This document shows positions 52,464 through 64,000 of a stretch of DNA of 64,000 nucleotides, piece after piece. Both the position numbers and the translations under genes were made by a program. The first letter of the stretch is position 1. Every line of letters starts with the position of its first letter. The DNA is from Nitrospirota bacterium (GTDB taxonomy: Bacteria; Nitrospirota; Nitrospiria; Nitrospirales; Nitrospiraceae): the NCBI GenBank assembly GCA_963703955.1, contig CAVPGK010000011.1, forward strand, positions 160,001-224,000, written 5' to 3'. The notes beneath the pieces are model-generated. The model saw only the letters and a program-made list of their open reading frames with translations, did not search any database and had not been told where the DNA came from.

Positions 52464-53435
52464 ATGGATATGGCGGTCGATCGCTTGCAAGCCCTCGAAT
52501 TCTTGCGCCAGATGTTGCGTGTCCGACGGTTCGAGGAGCAGTGCGCGGAGCTCTACAGCCTTGGAAAGATCCGTGGCTTTCTGCATCTCTATATCGGGGA
52601 GGAAGCGGTGGCAGTTGGGGCAATCCCATTGCTCACGGCAGACGACTCCATCGTCGCGACGTATCGTGAGCACGGGCACGCGCTCGTGCGCGGAACTTCC
52701 ATGGCCTCTTTGATGGCTGAACTCTATGGAAAGGCCAACGGCTGCGCCCGTGGTCGTGGCGGCTCCATGCACTTCTTCGATGCGTCGCGACGTTTCTACG
52801 GAGGGTTGGCCATCGTCGCTGGCGGGCTACCCGTCGCAGTCGGGCTCGCACTCGCCGACAAGTTGCAAGGTCGCCCCCGCGTCACGGCCTGTTTCTTTGG
52901 AGACGGCGCGGTCGCAGAGGGTGAGTTTCACGAGTCGCTCAACCTTGCAGCGCTCTGGAAACTCCCTGTGCTCTTTCTCTGCGAGAACAACCTCTATGCA
53001 ATGGGAACTGCGCTTGCGCGACACCAAGCGCAGACCGACATCGCCTTCAAGGCCAGAGGGTATAACCTGCCGGCGGAACCGGTCGACGGGATGGACGTCC
53101 TCGCTGTCTCGGCGGCCACGCGACAGGCCGTCGATGTCGTGCGCCGTGGAGAAGGACCATACCTCCTGGAGTTTCGAACCTATCGGTTTCGGGCTCACTC
53201 CATGTATGATTCCGAACTGTATCGAAGCAAAGAAGAAGTTGAACAGTGGAAGGAACGCGATCCCATCGTGGCCTTCGAGGGGATCCTGAGGGAATGGAAA
53301 TGCCTCACTTCCGATGATCTCGCCAAGATGGAAGAGGGCATCGAGGCTGAGATCGAGGAGGCCATCGCTTTTGCCGAAGCCAGTCCCTGGGAGCCGGTCG
53401 AAGATCTCCTGAAAGATGTGTCGACACCGAATTAG
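52464..53435 (+). CDS. pdhA: Pyruvate dehydrogenase-like E1 alpha
   Basis: [21 protein letters not shown]...ENN, YRFRAHS. Confidence 0.92.
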   Translation: MDMAVDRLQALEFLRQMLRVRRFEEQCAELYSLGKIRGFLHLYIGEEAVAVGAIPLLTADDSIVATYREHGHALVRGTSMASLMAELYGKANGCARGRGGSMHFFDASRRFYGGLAIVAGGLPVAVGLALADKLQGRPRVTACFFGDGAVAEGEFHESLNLAALWKLPVLFLCENNLYAMGTALARHQAQTDIAFKARGYNLPAEPVDGMDVLAVSAATRQAVDVVRRGEGPYLLEFRTYRFRAHSMYDSELYRSKEEVEQWKERDPIVAFEGILREWKCLTSDDLAKMEEGIEAEIEEAIAFAEASPWEPVEDLLKDVSTPN

Positions 53436-53445
53436 GCGGTAGCCC

Positions 53446-53949
53446 TTGCAGAAGCTGGCAGGTGGCGACCGACGTTCAATCGGGCGGGCGAATGAAGTCG
53501 TCGCCGATGTACTCAAGAACCCCTCGCGTTTCGAGGAGGTTATGGCAGGGTTGCTGGAGGGTAAAGACCCGCGTGTGCGCCTCCGGGCCGCGGACGCAAT
53601 CGAAAAGATCACCGCCAGGCATCCAGAATATCTCGGTCCGTTCACGCGCAGACTGATCGCACTCGCGGCGCGCGCCGCGGCTCCGGAGATCCGCTGGCAT
53701 CTCGCGCAAATGCTCCCACGGCTGGAGCTGAGTCGAGACAACCGGGGCCGGGTGGTGAAGACGCTGCTTGCTTATCTCAAGGATGAGAGCCGGATCGTCC
53801 GGACCTTCGCCATGCAGGCGCTGGCCGATCTTGCGGAAGGTGATCGGCGGCTGCGTCCCTACGCGGCGAAGCTCATTAAGCGTTTGACGACAACTGGAAG
53901 CCCAGCCGTGCAGAGCCGAGGGCGCAAGCTCCTGGAACGATTGGCATGA
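53446..53949 (+). CDS. HEAT-repeat hypothetical protein
   Basis: [36 protein letters not shown]; stop overlaps the pdhB start. Confidence 0.75.
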   Translation: MQKLAGGDRRSIGRANEVVADVLKNPSRFEEVMAGLLEGKDPRVRLRAADAIEKITARHPEYLGPFTRRLIALAARAAAPEIRWHLAQMLPRLELSRDNRGRVVKTLLAYLKDESRIVRTFAMQALADLAEGDRRLRPYAAKLIKRLTTTGSPAVQSRGRKLLERLA

Positions 53950-54923
53950 AGAAGATCACCTATCGCGAAGCGGTGCGGGCCGGGTTGCGCGAAGCGTTGC
54001 AAAGCGACCCGCGTGTTTTTCTCATGGGAGAGGACGTGGGACGCTACGGTGGCACGTATGCCTGCAGCAAGGGACTCCTGGAGGAATTCGGACCTGAGCG
54101 AATTCGCGACACCCCGCTTTCGGAGTCCACCTTCGTAGGCGCCGGCATTGGAGCAGCGCTCAACGGCATGAAGCCGATCGTTGAAGTCATGACCGTCAAC
54201 TTCAGCCTGCTGGCCCTCGATCAGATTGTCAACAACGCAGCCACGATCCGGCACATGTCCGGGGGACAGTACAGCATTCCCCTCATCGTGCGCATGGCCA
54301 CGGGCGCCGGCCGACAGGTCGCGGCCCAGCACTCGCACAGCCTGGAAGGCTGGTATGCCCATATTCCAGGCATCACAGTGCTGACACCGGCGACGGTGAC
54401 CGACGCAAGAGGCATGCTGCTCACAGCGCTCCGCGAGCCGGACCCGGTGTTTATTTTCGAGCATGCCTACCTCTATGCGATGGAAGGCGAGCTGGAGGAA
54501 AATACCGGCCCGGTGGACATCTCGAAGGCCGCTGTGCGAAGGTCAGGGCATGATGTCACCGTCATCACCTATGGTGGCTCATTGCGGAAAGCCCTGGAGG
54601 CTGCGGAGCGTTTGGCCGGTGATGGAGTCGATGCCGAGGTCATCGACCTGCGCGTGCTTCGCCCTCTCGACACGCCGACCATTCTGGCATCGGTGAAAAA
54701 GACGCACCGCGCCCTCATCGTGGACGAAGCTTGGCGTACCGGCAGTTTTGCAGCGGAGGTCAGCGCACAGATTATGGAGGGCGCGTTCTATGACCTCGAC
54801 GCACCGGTGGGCCGTGTCTGCAGCGCCGAGGTACCCATTCCCTATCCAAAACACCTGGAAGACGCCGCGCTTCCTCAGGCGCACACCATCGCTAACGCCG
54901 TCCAGGAGATGTGCCGTGGCTGA
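53946..54923 (+). CDS. pdhB: Pyruvate dehydrogenase-like E1 beta
   Basis: [29 protein letters not shown]. Confidence 0.92.
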   Translation: MKKITYREAVRAGLREALQSDPRVFLMGEDVGRYGGTYACSKGLLEEFGPERIRDTPLSESTFVGAGIGAALNGMKPIVEVMTVNFSLLALDQIVNNAATIRHMSGGQYSIPLIVRMATGAGRQVAAQHSHSLEGWYAHIPGITVLTPATVTDARGMLLTALREPDPVFIFEHAYLYAMEGELEENTGPVDISKAAVRRSGHDVTVITYGGSLRKALEAAERLAGDGVDAEVIDLRVLRPLDTPTILASVKKTHRALIVDEAWRTGSFAAEVSAQIMEGAFYDLDAPVGRVCSAEVPIPYPKHLEDAALPQAHTIANAVQEMCRG

Positions 54924-56115
54924 GTTCCTCATGCCCACGCTCGGAGCGGACATGAGCGCCGGGACGCTCGTTGCCTGGCACAAGAAGGTCGGCGATCGTG
55001 TCACGCGCGGCGAGATCATTGCCGAGGTCGATACCGACAAGGCGGCGATTGACGTCGAGGTATTCACGACCGGCGTCATTGAGAAAATCATGGTACAGCC
55101 AGGGGAAAAGGTGCCGGTGGGAACGGCCCTCGCGATCATCCGCGAAGAAGGCAAGCCAACTGCAGCGACTCCGCAGACCGCACCGCCTCCAAAAGCTCCC
55201 CTCACCACTTCACCGGCAACGGTCACTCCTTCCTCGGTCCCTGTCCCACCGCAGGCGCAGCCCTCGGTTGAAGTCGGCCGCCTCCGCATTTCTCCGTCCG
55301 CGAAGCAACTGGCGGTAGAGCTGGGAATAGTTCCAGTCACGGTCCTAGGCACCGGTCCAGGCGGCGCGATCACGCGAGAGGATATTCAACGGGCCGCAAC
55401 TGCAAAGCTCGCCGCTGCGGCCCCATCACAGCCCGAGACAATCGGCGACCGGCAGACACGAATGCGACAGGCCATCGCAGCAGCGATGACTCGTTCGAAA
55501 CGAGAAATCCCTCACTACTATCTGAGTACAACCATCGACATGAGTCGAGCCATGACCTGGCTGGCTCAAGAAAACCTCACACGAAGCGTCGCAGACCGCC
55601 TGCTCTATGGGGTCTTGCTGATCAAGGCTGTTGCATTGGCTCTGAGGGAGGTTCCGGAACTGAATACGCTGTGGAAAGATGGGCAAGCGGTCCAGAGTCA
55701 AGCAATTCACGTCGGCGTCGCGATCTCGCTCCGCCAAGGCGGCTTGGTGGCTCCCGCTCTGCACAACACGGACCAACTGAGCCGGGATGAGCTGATGGGA
55801 AACCTAATGGATCTCGTGAAACGGGCGCGCGCAGGGTCCTTGCGCAGCTCGGAACTCTCCGACCCTACCATTACGGTGACCAACCTCGGCGAACAGGGAG
55901 TGGAGACCGTGTTTGGGGTCATCTACCCGCCACAAGTTGCCCTGGTGGGATTCGGCAAGGTGGTGGAACGGCCCTGGGTGGTGGAGAAGCAAGTGGTCTC
56001 CAGGCCGCTCATCACCGCGACGCTCTCGGCTGATCACCGAGTCACCGATGGACATCGCGGCGGCCTCTTCCTCGCAGCGGTGGACCGGCTGATACAGGAA
56101 CCGGCGCGCCTATGA
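54916..56115 (+). CDS. pdhC: Dihydrolipoamide acyltransferase E2
   Basis: GTG start with AGGAG RBS; one lipoyl domain (EVDTDKA), subunit-binding domain (GTGPGGAI), DHRVTDG. Confidence 0.92.
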   Translation: MAEFLMPTLGADMSAGTLVAWHKKVGDRVTRGEIIAEVDTDKAAIDVEVFTTGVIEKIMVQPGEKVPVGTALAIIREEGKPTAATPQTAPPPKAPLTTSPATVTPSSVPVPPQAQPSVEVGRLRISPSAKQLAVELGIVPVTVLGTGPGGAITREDIQRAATAKLAAAAPSQPETIGDRQTRMRQAIAAAMTRSKREIPHYYLSTTIDMSRAMTWLAQENLTRSVADRLLYGVLLIKAVALALREVPELNTLWKDGQAVQSQAIHVGVAISLRQGGLVAPALHNTDQLSRDELMGNLMDLVKRARAGSLRSSELSDPTITVTNLGEQGVETVFGVIYPPQVALVGFGKVVERPWVVEKQVVSRPLITATLSADHRVTDGHRGGLFLAAVDRLIQEPARL

Positions 56116-56396
56116 CTTCCAAACTCAAGGCTGGGGAGATTCGACAGGTGGTCCTGCGCATCCTGGGTGAGGTCGCGCCGGAAGCCGATCTCTCATCTCT
56201 CAAGCCGGATGTCAATTTTCGCGAACAGTTGGACATCGACTCGATGGATTTCCTCAATTTCGTGATCGCCTTGCACGAGTCGCTGCTCGTCGATATTCCC
56301 GAGGCGGAGTATCCGAAGCTCGCCACCCTCAACGGCTGCATTGAGTACTTTCTGGCGCTTGCTGAGGGCCACGAGGCAGGAGCAACTGGCCCATGA
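56112..56396 (+). CDS. Acyl carrier protein
   Basis: LDIDSMDF phosphopantetheine site; overlaps both neighbours. Confidence 0.88.
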   Translation: MTSKLKAGEIRQVVLRILGEVAPEADLSSLKPDVNFREQLDIDSMDFLNFVIALHESLLVDIPEAEYPKLATLNGCIEYFLALAEGHEAGATGP

Positions 56397-58279
56397 TGGG
56401 CGAGCGACAGAGTCCTGCGGACAAAGCGGAGCACCGAAACATGGCGCTCATGCAACAGCTTCGCACCCTGTACGAAGAGATCGTTGAGCGGGCCAGCCAT
56501 GCCCGACTGGCCTTCCCTTGTTCCAGCAAAGAGGCCGAATGGAGCCGTGACAACCTGCTCTCGTATCTCGTCTTGCGAGAGCACGATCTGTCAGACCTGC
56601 AGGTAGAACTGGCCGAGCAGGGGCTCTCTTCGCTTGGCCGGCTTGAGGGCTGCGTGCTCGGCAGCCTCACAGGGGTCCTGCGCCATCTCGGCGCCCTGCC
56701 GCCGGATTCCGGCCTGGCTGCGCCGGACTTTGCGCAGGCCCGATCGCTTCTTGCGCAGCGAAGCCGGGCGCTCCTGGGTCGCCCTCGTGAGGGACGCGGC
56801 ACCCGGATCATGGTCACGCTTGATGCCGATACCATTCACCAGCCCGACCTCCTGGAACAGTTGCTTGTGAAGGGCATGGATATCGCCCGCATCAATTGCG
56901 CGCACGATACGTCTTGCGAGTGGGAGAGGATCATTGATGCCATCCGCCACGCCGAGGAGCGCCTCACTCGGGGAGGACAGGACATCGGTCGGCGCTGCCG
57001 GATCCTGATGGACTTGGCCGGTCCCAAGGTTCGGACCGGCCCTCTGACACTCCAGACACGCCCGCTGAAGCTCTCCGTGCCGAAGGATGCTCGTGGGAGG
57101 CCCAGCCGCGTCCTGGAAGGATACCTAGACAGTGATGCATCTGAAACTCACCTGATCCGTCCTCCTGGTGAACCGCCTAAGTTCGTCATCGCCCTGCCGC
57201 GCCAGTCCGGCCTTGCCAGCTTGTCGCTGGGTGAGGAGATCCGGCTTGTGGATACCCGCGACCGCACGCGTATCATGCGCGTGATCGAGCGTACGAGTCC
57301 TGTGCTGGTTCGCGTCAGCCTGGAGCGGACGGCCTATTTGCAGGAGGGCATGGAACTGCGCGCCGCGTACGGCAAGGTATTTAGCGTCGGCCCAGTCAGC
57401 CCGCAGCCGGTGGATGTGCGGATGAAGGCCGGAGACCTACTGCATCTCTACCGCGATCCACAACGGCTAGGCCATTGCGCACAAGGAAAGAACCCTGCAG
57501 GGATCAGTTGCACCCTGCCGCAGGTGCTCGACTATGTCCGTCCCGGCCACCGCGTATTCATTGACGACGGCAAGATCGCGGCGCTGGTCCGGGCCGCTCA
57601 GGATGAGTACTTGGAGCTAGAAATCACGGCCCCTCAGGGTATTCCGATTCGTCTGAGGTCTGAAAAGGGTTTGAATTTTCCTGACTCGACGATAGAGCTC
57701 CCGGCCCTGACTCCTCAGGATCGACAGGACCTGCTGTTCGTCGTCAAGCACGCCAACGCGGTCGGCCTGTCCTTCGTGCATCGTCCCGCGGATCTCGACG
57801 ATCTTCGTGCGGCCCTGGAAGAGTTGGGCCACCCCGACCTTGGCATCGTGGTGAAGATCGAGACCAGGGAGGCGATCCACCGGCTGGCTCAGTTCCTGCT
57901 CGCCGGGCTGGCTCTCCCTAAGCTCGGGGTCATGATCGCCCGTGGGGATCTGGCGGTCGAAGTAGGGTTTGAAAATCTGTCTCTGGTACAGGAAGACATC
58001 CTGTGTCTTTGCGAAGCCGCGCACGTTCCCGTGATCTGGGCGACCCAGGTGCTTGAAACCCTGGCCAAGCGCGGGATGCCCGCCCGCGCCGAGATCACGG
58101 ATGCGGCGATGGGGCAGCGGGCGGAATGTGTGATGCTGAACAAGGGCGAACACGTGATCGAGGCGGTCAAGACACTGGCCGAACTGTTGAGCTCGGAAGA
58201 GCGGCACCGCATCAAGAAGCGACAGGTCTTCAGGGATATCACGGTTCAACACGGCGTATTCGTCACGAACGGCCACTGA
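56393..58279 (+). CDS. Atypical long pyruvate kinase-family protein
   Basis: ARINCAH, DLAGPKVRTG, KIET, MIARGDLAVE, ATQVLE, RAEITDA, CVMLNKG; N-terminal extension, enlarged lid region, no C-terminal allosteric domain. Confidence 0.88.
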   Translation: MMGERQSPADKAEHRNMALMQQLRTLYEEIVERASHARLAFPCSSKEAEWSRDNLLSYLVLREHDLSDLQVELAEQGLSSLGRLEGCVLGSLTGVLRHLGALPPDSGLAAPDFAQARSLLAQRSRALLGRPREGRGTRIMVTLDADTIHQPDLLEQLLVKGMDIARINCAHDTSCEWERIIDAIRHAEERLTRGGQDIGRRCRILMDLAGPKVRTGPLTLQTRPLKLSVPKDARGRPSRVLEGYLDSDASETHLIRPPGEPPKFVIALPRQSGLASLSLGEEIRLVDTRDRTRIMRVIERTSPVLVRVSLERTAYLQEGMELRAAYGKVFSVGPVSPQPVDVRMKAGDLLHLYRDPQRLGHCAQGKNPAGISCTLPQVLDYVRPGHRVFIDDGKIAALVRAAQDEYLELEITAPQGIPIRLRSEKGLNFPDSTIELPALTPQDRQDLLFVVKHANAVGLSFVHRPADLDDLRAALEELGHPDLGIVVKIETREAIHRLAQFLLAGLALPKLGVMIARGDLAVEVGFENLSLVQEDILCLCEAAHVPVIWATQVLETLAKRGMPARAEITDAAMGQRAECVMLNKGEHVIEAVKTLAELLSSEERHRIKKRQVFRDITVQHGVFVTNGH

Positions 58280-58425
58280 GTGGCACCACGCGAGCGACAG
58301 GCCGTGTATCGAACGAGGAGAGAGGAGCGATGCGCAAGACTTTGTTCTTCGCGATCCCTAAGGCCGACGATCCCAAATTCGCCACTCTAAACGGATGCGT
58401 TGAGTAGATCTTCCTCCATCCGTAG

Positions 58426-59871
<1,446 letters not shown>

Positions 59872-59873
59872 GG

Positions 59874-60284
59874 GTGAAATCCTTTGTCCTGCACTTACAA
59901 GATGCCATGCACTATGAGCGCATCGAAGGGGTGACCACTTTTGTAGGAGAGGATGATTCAGGCAGTTTCGGAATCCTGGCGGAGCATGGGCGCATGATGA
60001 CCTCCCTTGTGTTTGGTCTGGCACGCTTCCGCATAACGGATGCCCCCTGGGAATACCTGGCGCTGCCGGGAGCCTTGCTGTATTTCGTCGACAATGAACT
60101 TTCGATCAGCACCCGCCGGTATCTCCGCGATAGCGACTACAGCCGTATCAGCCTAGCATTAGACGAACAACTCCTCGCTGAGGAAGCCACTCTTCGCGGC
60201 ATTAAAGAAAGTTTGCGGCGTCTGGAAGAGGGGATGTTTAAACGGTTGAGGAAACTTGAGCGTGGAGGAGACGCAGGACTGTGA
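59874..60284 (+). CDS. atpC: N-type ATPase epsilon subunit
   Basis: GSFGILAEH motif; position after atpD. Confidence 0.88.
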   Translation: MKSFVLHLQDAMHYERIEGVTTFVGEDDSGSFGILAEHGRMMTSLVFGLARFRITDAPWEYLALPGALLYFVDNELSISTRRYLRDSDYSRISLALDEQLLAEEATLRGIKESLRRLEEGMFKRLRKLERGGDAGL

Positions 60285-60550
60285 AGAACCATCAGGCACT
60301 CAAAGAGCAGGTGGCTAAGCAGGTTGCGCGGATGAAGCAAGCGGAAAAAGACCGCCCGACCCTGCTCGCACAAACTGCATATATCGGGACACTCGGTCTG
60401 CTGTTTGTCTTACCCGTTATCGCCGGGGCGTATTTTGGGGACTGGCTGGACAGCCAGTTTGAAGGTTATTCCGTCCTATGGACCATGAGCATGATCTTTC
60501 TTGGTGTGATCGTCGGGGCGGTGAATGTGTACCTTTTTATAGGGGAATAG
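60281..60550 (+). CDS. AtpQ (AtpZ/AtpI-like) membrane protein
   Basis: LPVIAGAYFGDWLD, two transmembrane helices. Confidence 0.8.
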   Translation: MKNHQALKEQVAKQVARMKQAEKDRPTLLAQTAYIGTLGLLFVLPVIAGAYFGDWLDSQFEGYSVLWTMSMIFLGVIVGAVNVYLFIGE

Positions 60551-60553
60551 CAG

Positions 60554-61243
60554 ATGGGGCAAGCGATCACTAGTAACACAATCGTGTTCCATATCGGACC
60601 GATCAGCGTCACACAGGCCGTGATCACGACGTGGGGCATCATGCTGATATTGGGTCTCCTCTGCTGGGGAATGACACGGCGTTTACGCCTTCACCCGGGC
60701 CCGATACAGGTAGTCATTGAAGGCATTGTGGCCACTATCGACGACGGTATTCAGGCTGTGTTGCCTGAGCAGTCACTCCAGGTATTACCGTTCATCGCCA
60801 CTCTATGGATTTTTATTGTGACTGCTAACCTCAGCGGTCTGATCCCCGGTGTCGAGACCCCGACTGCGAATCTGTCGGTGACCGCAGCCTTGGCCATCTT
60901 GGTGTTTCTATCGGTCCACTGGTTTGGCGTTCGCGCGCATGGCCTCAAGAATTACTTGCGTCATTACCTGACTCCGAGTCCGATCCTGTTCCCTTTTCAC
61001 ATTATCAGCGAAGTCACACGCACGCTCGCGCTGGCCATCCGCTTGTTCGGCAACATGATGAGCCTGGAAATGGCGGCTCTTTTGGTCCTGCTTGTGGCCG
61101 GCTTCCTGGCGCCGATTCCTCTGTTGATGTTGCATATCATCGAGGCCCTGGTCCAGGCATATATCTTCGGCATGCTGGCGCTGATCTACATTGCCGGCGC
61201 CATCCAGTCACAACAAGTCAAGCGACAACAGGAGCAGGGATGA
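60554..61243 (+). CDS. atpB: Fo a subunit
   Basis: PTANL, RTLALAIRLFGN, QAYIF. Confidence 0.95.
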   Translation: MGQAITSNTIVFHIGPISVTQAVITTWGIMLILGLLCWGMTRRLRLHPGPIQVVIEGIVATIDDGIQAVLPEQSLQVLPFIATLWIFIVTANLSGLIPGVETPTANLSVTAALAILVFLSVHWFGVRAHGLKNYLRHYLTPSPILFPFHIISEVTRTLALAIRLFGNMMSLEMAALLVLLVAGFLAPIPLLMLHIIEALVQAYIFGMLALIYIAGAIQSQQVKRQQEQG

Positions 61244-61246
61244 CTT

Positions 61247-61513
61247 ATGCGCGACATGACTTGGTTCGCCCTCGCCTCTACTGTGTTTGCCGCAGTGGCC
61301 ATCGCCGTCGGGACCATGTTTCCGGCTATGGCCATGGGACGTGCCATCAGCCAGGCCCTTGAAGCCTTGGCGCGGCAGCCTGAAGCAGAGAGGTCTATCA
61401 CCCGTACCTTATTCATCGGCCTGGCCATGATCGAATCCCTGGCCATTTACTGTTTGGTGATCGCGCTGATCATTCTGTTTAGAAACCCGCTGCTCGAGTA
61501 TCTATTGAAATAG
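61247..61513 (+). CDS. atpE: Fo c subunit
   Basis: ARQPEA loop, AMIESLAIY. Confidence 0.95.
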   Translation: MRDMTWFALASTVFAAVAIAVGTMFPAMAMGRAISQALEALARQPEAERSITRTLFIGLAMIESLAIYCLVIALIILFRNPLLEYLLK

Positions 61514-61583
61514 AAGGAGCCCGACGAGCGGAACGAACGATAGTTCAACCCTGATTGCTGCGCGCGATCTAAACGGATGACTC

Positions 61584-62333
61584 ATGGAGCTCAACTGGTC
61601 AACATTTATTCTTGAGATCATCAACTTCCTCGTCCTCATCTGGATCCTGACCCGCTTTCTCTACAAACCAATTCTGAATTCGATCAGGGAACGCAAGGCG
61701 AATATTGAGAAGGCCGTGTCCGCCGCCGAGCAAATTCGAACCGACGCGGAGGTCCTTCGCAAACAACAGCAAGCTCGCCTCGCTGAGTGGGAACGGGAGA
61801 AAGAACAAGCGAAGTCCCAGTTACTCGAGGACATCAATGCCGAACGCACCAGGCTCATGTCACTGCTTCGCACCTCGCTCGAGGAGGAGCGTGAAAAGGC
61901 CAGAGCACTGGTAGAACGTCGCGTGAAAGAGGCCCTCCAGAGGGCCGAAGAAACCGCCATCGTTCAGAGTGGCCAATTCGTCACCGGATTACTGGCACGA
62001 CTGGCTGGTCCTCAGCTCGAAGCACTCATCATTGACCTGTTTCTTCAAGATCTCCAGAAGCTCCCTGCTGAAAAACTCCAGGCTATACAAACGGGCTTGT
62101 CTGGGACGGAAAGCCCGATTAGGGTGACCAGTGCCTATCCACTCACCACTAGCCTGCGCGAATCATTGTCAGGAGCGCTCCAAAAACCCGTCGGAGAACG
62201 AAGACCCTGTGAGTTTCTGGAAGACTACCGTCTTATGGCTGGCCTGCGTGTGAGCATCGGTTCCTGGATGTTGCGTGCAAACCTCCAAGATGAATTGAAA
62301 TTCTTTACCGAGGTTGGACTCCATGGCGACTAA
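61584..62333 (+). CDS. atpF: Fo b subunit with delta-like C-terminal extension
   Basis: [13 protein letters not shown]...FLYKP, coiled coil, VTSAYPL...LMAGLRV. Confidence 0.9.
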   Translation: MELNWSTFILEIINFLVLIWILTRFLYKPILNSIRERKANIEKAVSAAEQIRTDAEVLRKQQQARLAEWEREKEQAKSQLLEDINAERTRLMSLLRTSLEEEREKARALVERRVKEALQRAEETAIVQSGQFVTGLLARLAGPQLEALIIDLFLQDLQKLPAEKLQAIQTGLSGTESPIRVTSAYPLTTSLRESLSGALQKPVGERRPCEFLEDYRLMAGLRVSIGSWMLRANLQDELKFFTEVGLHGD

Positions 62334-63810
62334 AGAGAGGCGCGAGGATTCTGGCCTGGTTCGCCGAGCTGCTTGGCTTCATGGGTATCGGTTTGGACTC
62401 CGTATGTCTGAACAGGGAAGCGTACTGTCTGTGGGAGATGGGATTGTCTGGATCAAGGGTCTGCCATCCGCTGCGATGGATGAGATTCTGTATCTTGAAG
62501 ATGGAAGCCGGGCGTTAGTGTTTCACCTGGCAAAAGGCAAGCTCGGTGGAATTCTCCTCCACCAAACTGACGCCTTAACAGCGGGCACAGTCGTCCATCA
62601 TTCCGGTCAATATCTCAGCATTCCAGTGGGAGATGCCTTGCTCGGCCGTGTGATCAACCCGCTTGGCACACCACTGGATGGACTTGCCGCACCGGAATGT
62701 GCCGATCGACGGGACCTCAACATTCTCTCGCCACCTGTTGTGATGCGCGATTTCGTCCATAAGCCTTTGTACACAGGGATCAAGGTCATTGACACGTTGA
62801 TTCCCATTGGGAAGGGGCAGCGAGAGTTGATCATCGGTGACAATGGCACAGGAAAAAGTTCCCTAGCCATTGACACCGTGATCAACCAGCGAGGGAAGGG
62901 TGTCTGGTGTATCTACATCATGATCGGCCAAAAACGCTCGACCGTGGTCAACACCATTGAAACGCTGCGCGACCATGGCGCGATGGACTATTCGACGGTG
63001 GTGGTCGCGGAGGCCACTAACCTACCCGGCCTCAAGTACCTCGCTCCCTTTGCCGGGTGCGCCGTGGCCGAAGAATGGATGTGGCGAGGCAAGGATACGC
63101 TGGTGGTGTATGACGATCTCACCACACATGCGCAAGCCTACCGGGAACTGTCTTTGTTGTTGCGGCGCCCCCCTGGCCGGGAAGCCTACCCCGGGGACAT
63201 CTTTTTTCTGCATTCACGTTTGCTTGAGCGATCAACTTGTCTGGCACCAGCCTACGGCGGCGGCAGCATGACTGCCTTACCCATTGTAGAGACGAGTGAA
63301 GGTGAAATTGCTGCGTACATTCCCACCAATCTGATTTCGATCACCGATGGTCAGATCTACCTGGATCGTCACCTGTTTGCCGCTGGCTTTCTCCCTGCCA
63401 TTGATGTGACCAAGTCGGTGTCGCGCGTTGGCGGAAAAGGCCAGCACCCTCGCATCAAGGAAAGGGCCGGCCGCATGAAGCTGGACTACCTGCAGTTTCT
63501 AGAACTGGAGGTGTTTACCCGCTTTGGTTCGCGTCTGGAGGCCTCGATGGAGGCGAAGATCGGGCGTGGCCGAGTTCTGCGGGAGATTCTCAAGCAGGAG
63601 CGGCTCTCTCCGCTGCCAATCGAGTTCCAGATGGCCTGGCTCGAGGGGTTCAACGAGGGCCTCTTCGACAAAGTGCAGATAGACCAAATCCCCGCCCTGC
63701 TTGATCAACTGGCTATCCATATAAAAGACAGTTCGCTCACCCTTGAAGCGAGTCATGAACAGTGGGCGCAGATCGTGTCTATGTGGCTCAAGGAAAGACC
63801 CGCAGCATGA
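62323..63810 (+). CDS. atpA: F1 alpha subunit
   Basis: [39 protein letters not shown]. Confidence 0.96.
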   Translation: MATKERREDSGLVRRAAWLHGYRFGLRMSEQGSVLSVGDGIVWIKGLPSAAMDEILYLEDGSRALVFHLAKGKLGGILLHQTDALTAGTVVHHSGQYLSIPVGDALLGRVINPLGTPLDGLAAPECADRRDLNILSPPVVMRDFVHKPLYTGIKVIDTLIPIGKGQRELIIGDNGTGKSSLAIDTVINQRGKGVWCIYIMIGQKRSTVVNTIETLRDHGAMDYSTVVVAEATNLPGLKYLAPFAGCAVAEEWMWRGKDTLVVYDDLTTHAQAYRELSLLLRRPPGREAYPGDIFFLHSRLLERSTCLAPAYGGGSMTALPIVETSEGEIAAYIPTNLISITDGQIYLDRHLFAAGFLPAIDVTKSVSRVGGKGQHPRIKERAGRMKLDYLQFLELEVFTRFGSRLEASMEAKIGRGRVLREILKQERLSPLPIEFQMAWLEGFNEGLFDKVQIDQIPALLDQLAIHIKDSSLTLEASHEQWAQIVSMWLKERPAA

Positions 63811-64000
63811 GCAAGCGGTATGAATTAGAGAGACATCTGGGCACCTTGCGCGAACTGAGCGGGATTATGGGAGCGATGAAGAACCTCGCGCTGATGGAAA
63901 CCCATAAAGTGAACCGCTTTCTATCCGCTCAACATCGGGCAGTAACCACCATCGAGTTGGCTGCCGCTGACTTCCTCGCCTTTCATCCAGATGTGAGGGC
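63807..64000 (+). CDS. atpG: F1 gamma subunit (3' partial)
   Basis: [29 protein letters not shown]...; ATGA overlap with atpA. Confidence 0.85.
   Translation, partial: MSKRYELERHLGTLRELSGIMGAMKNLALMETHKVNRFLSAQHRAVTTIELAAADFLAFHPDVR

Overview
Bacterial chromosome window; the gene and repeat content looks Nitrospira-like (inference only). Positions ~1-24.6 kb are an accessory region stacked at the 3' end of a minus-strand tRNA-Ala(CGC) (24613-24688). Copies of the tRNA 3' end (TGGTGGAGGGCAG) at 786, 6694 and 24613, plus a diverged copy at 622, delimit three units. These are a ~165 bp structured mini-element, island A (~5.9 kb; decayed phage-satellite-like genes and a large serine recombinase) and island B (~17.9 kb; stress/proteostasis cargo, an IS1380 and a recombinase remnant). 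In both islands the att core lies in frame inside the recombinase 3' end, so integration or excision would swap the enzyme's C-terminal tail, and one tail ends in an ssrA-like -AIAA. Positions 24.8-43.6 kb are intact core genes (purM/purN, rlmD-like, NtrY/NtrX-like, mazG, hemE-hemH-hemG) with a DnaA-box cluster near 37.7 kb. Positions 44-50 kb include an orphan gene with an attC-like site, amrS and a PEP-CTERM gene. Positions 50.7-64 kb are a tightly packed acsA-pdhA-HEAT-pdhB-pdhC-ACP-pyk cluster followed by an alternative (N-type) F1Fo ATPase operon. All calls come from reading the sequence and recognising motifs; no database searches were run.
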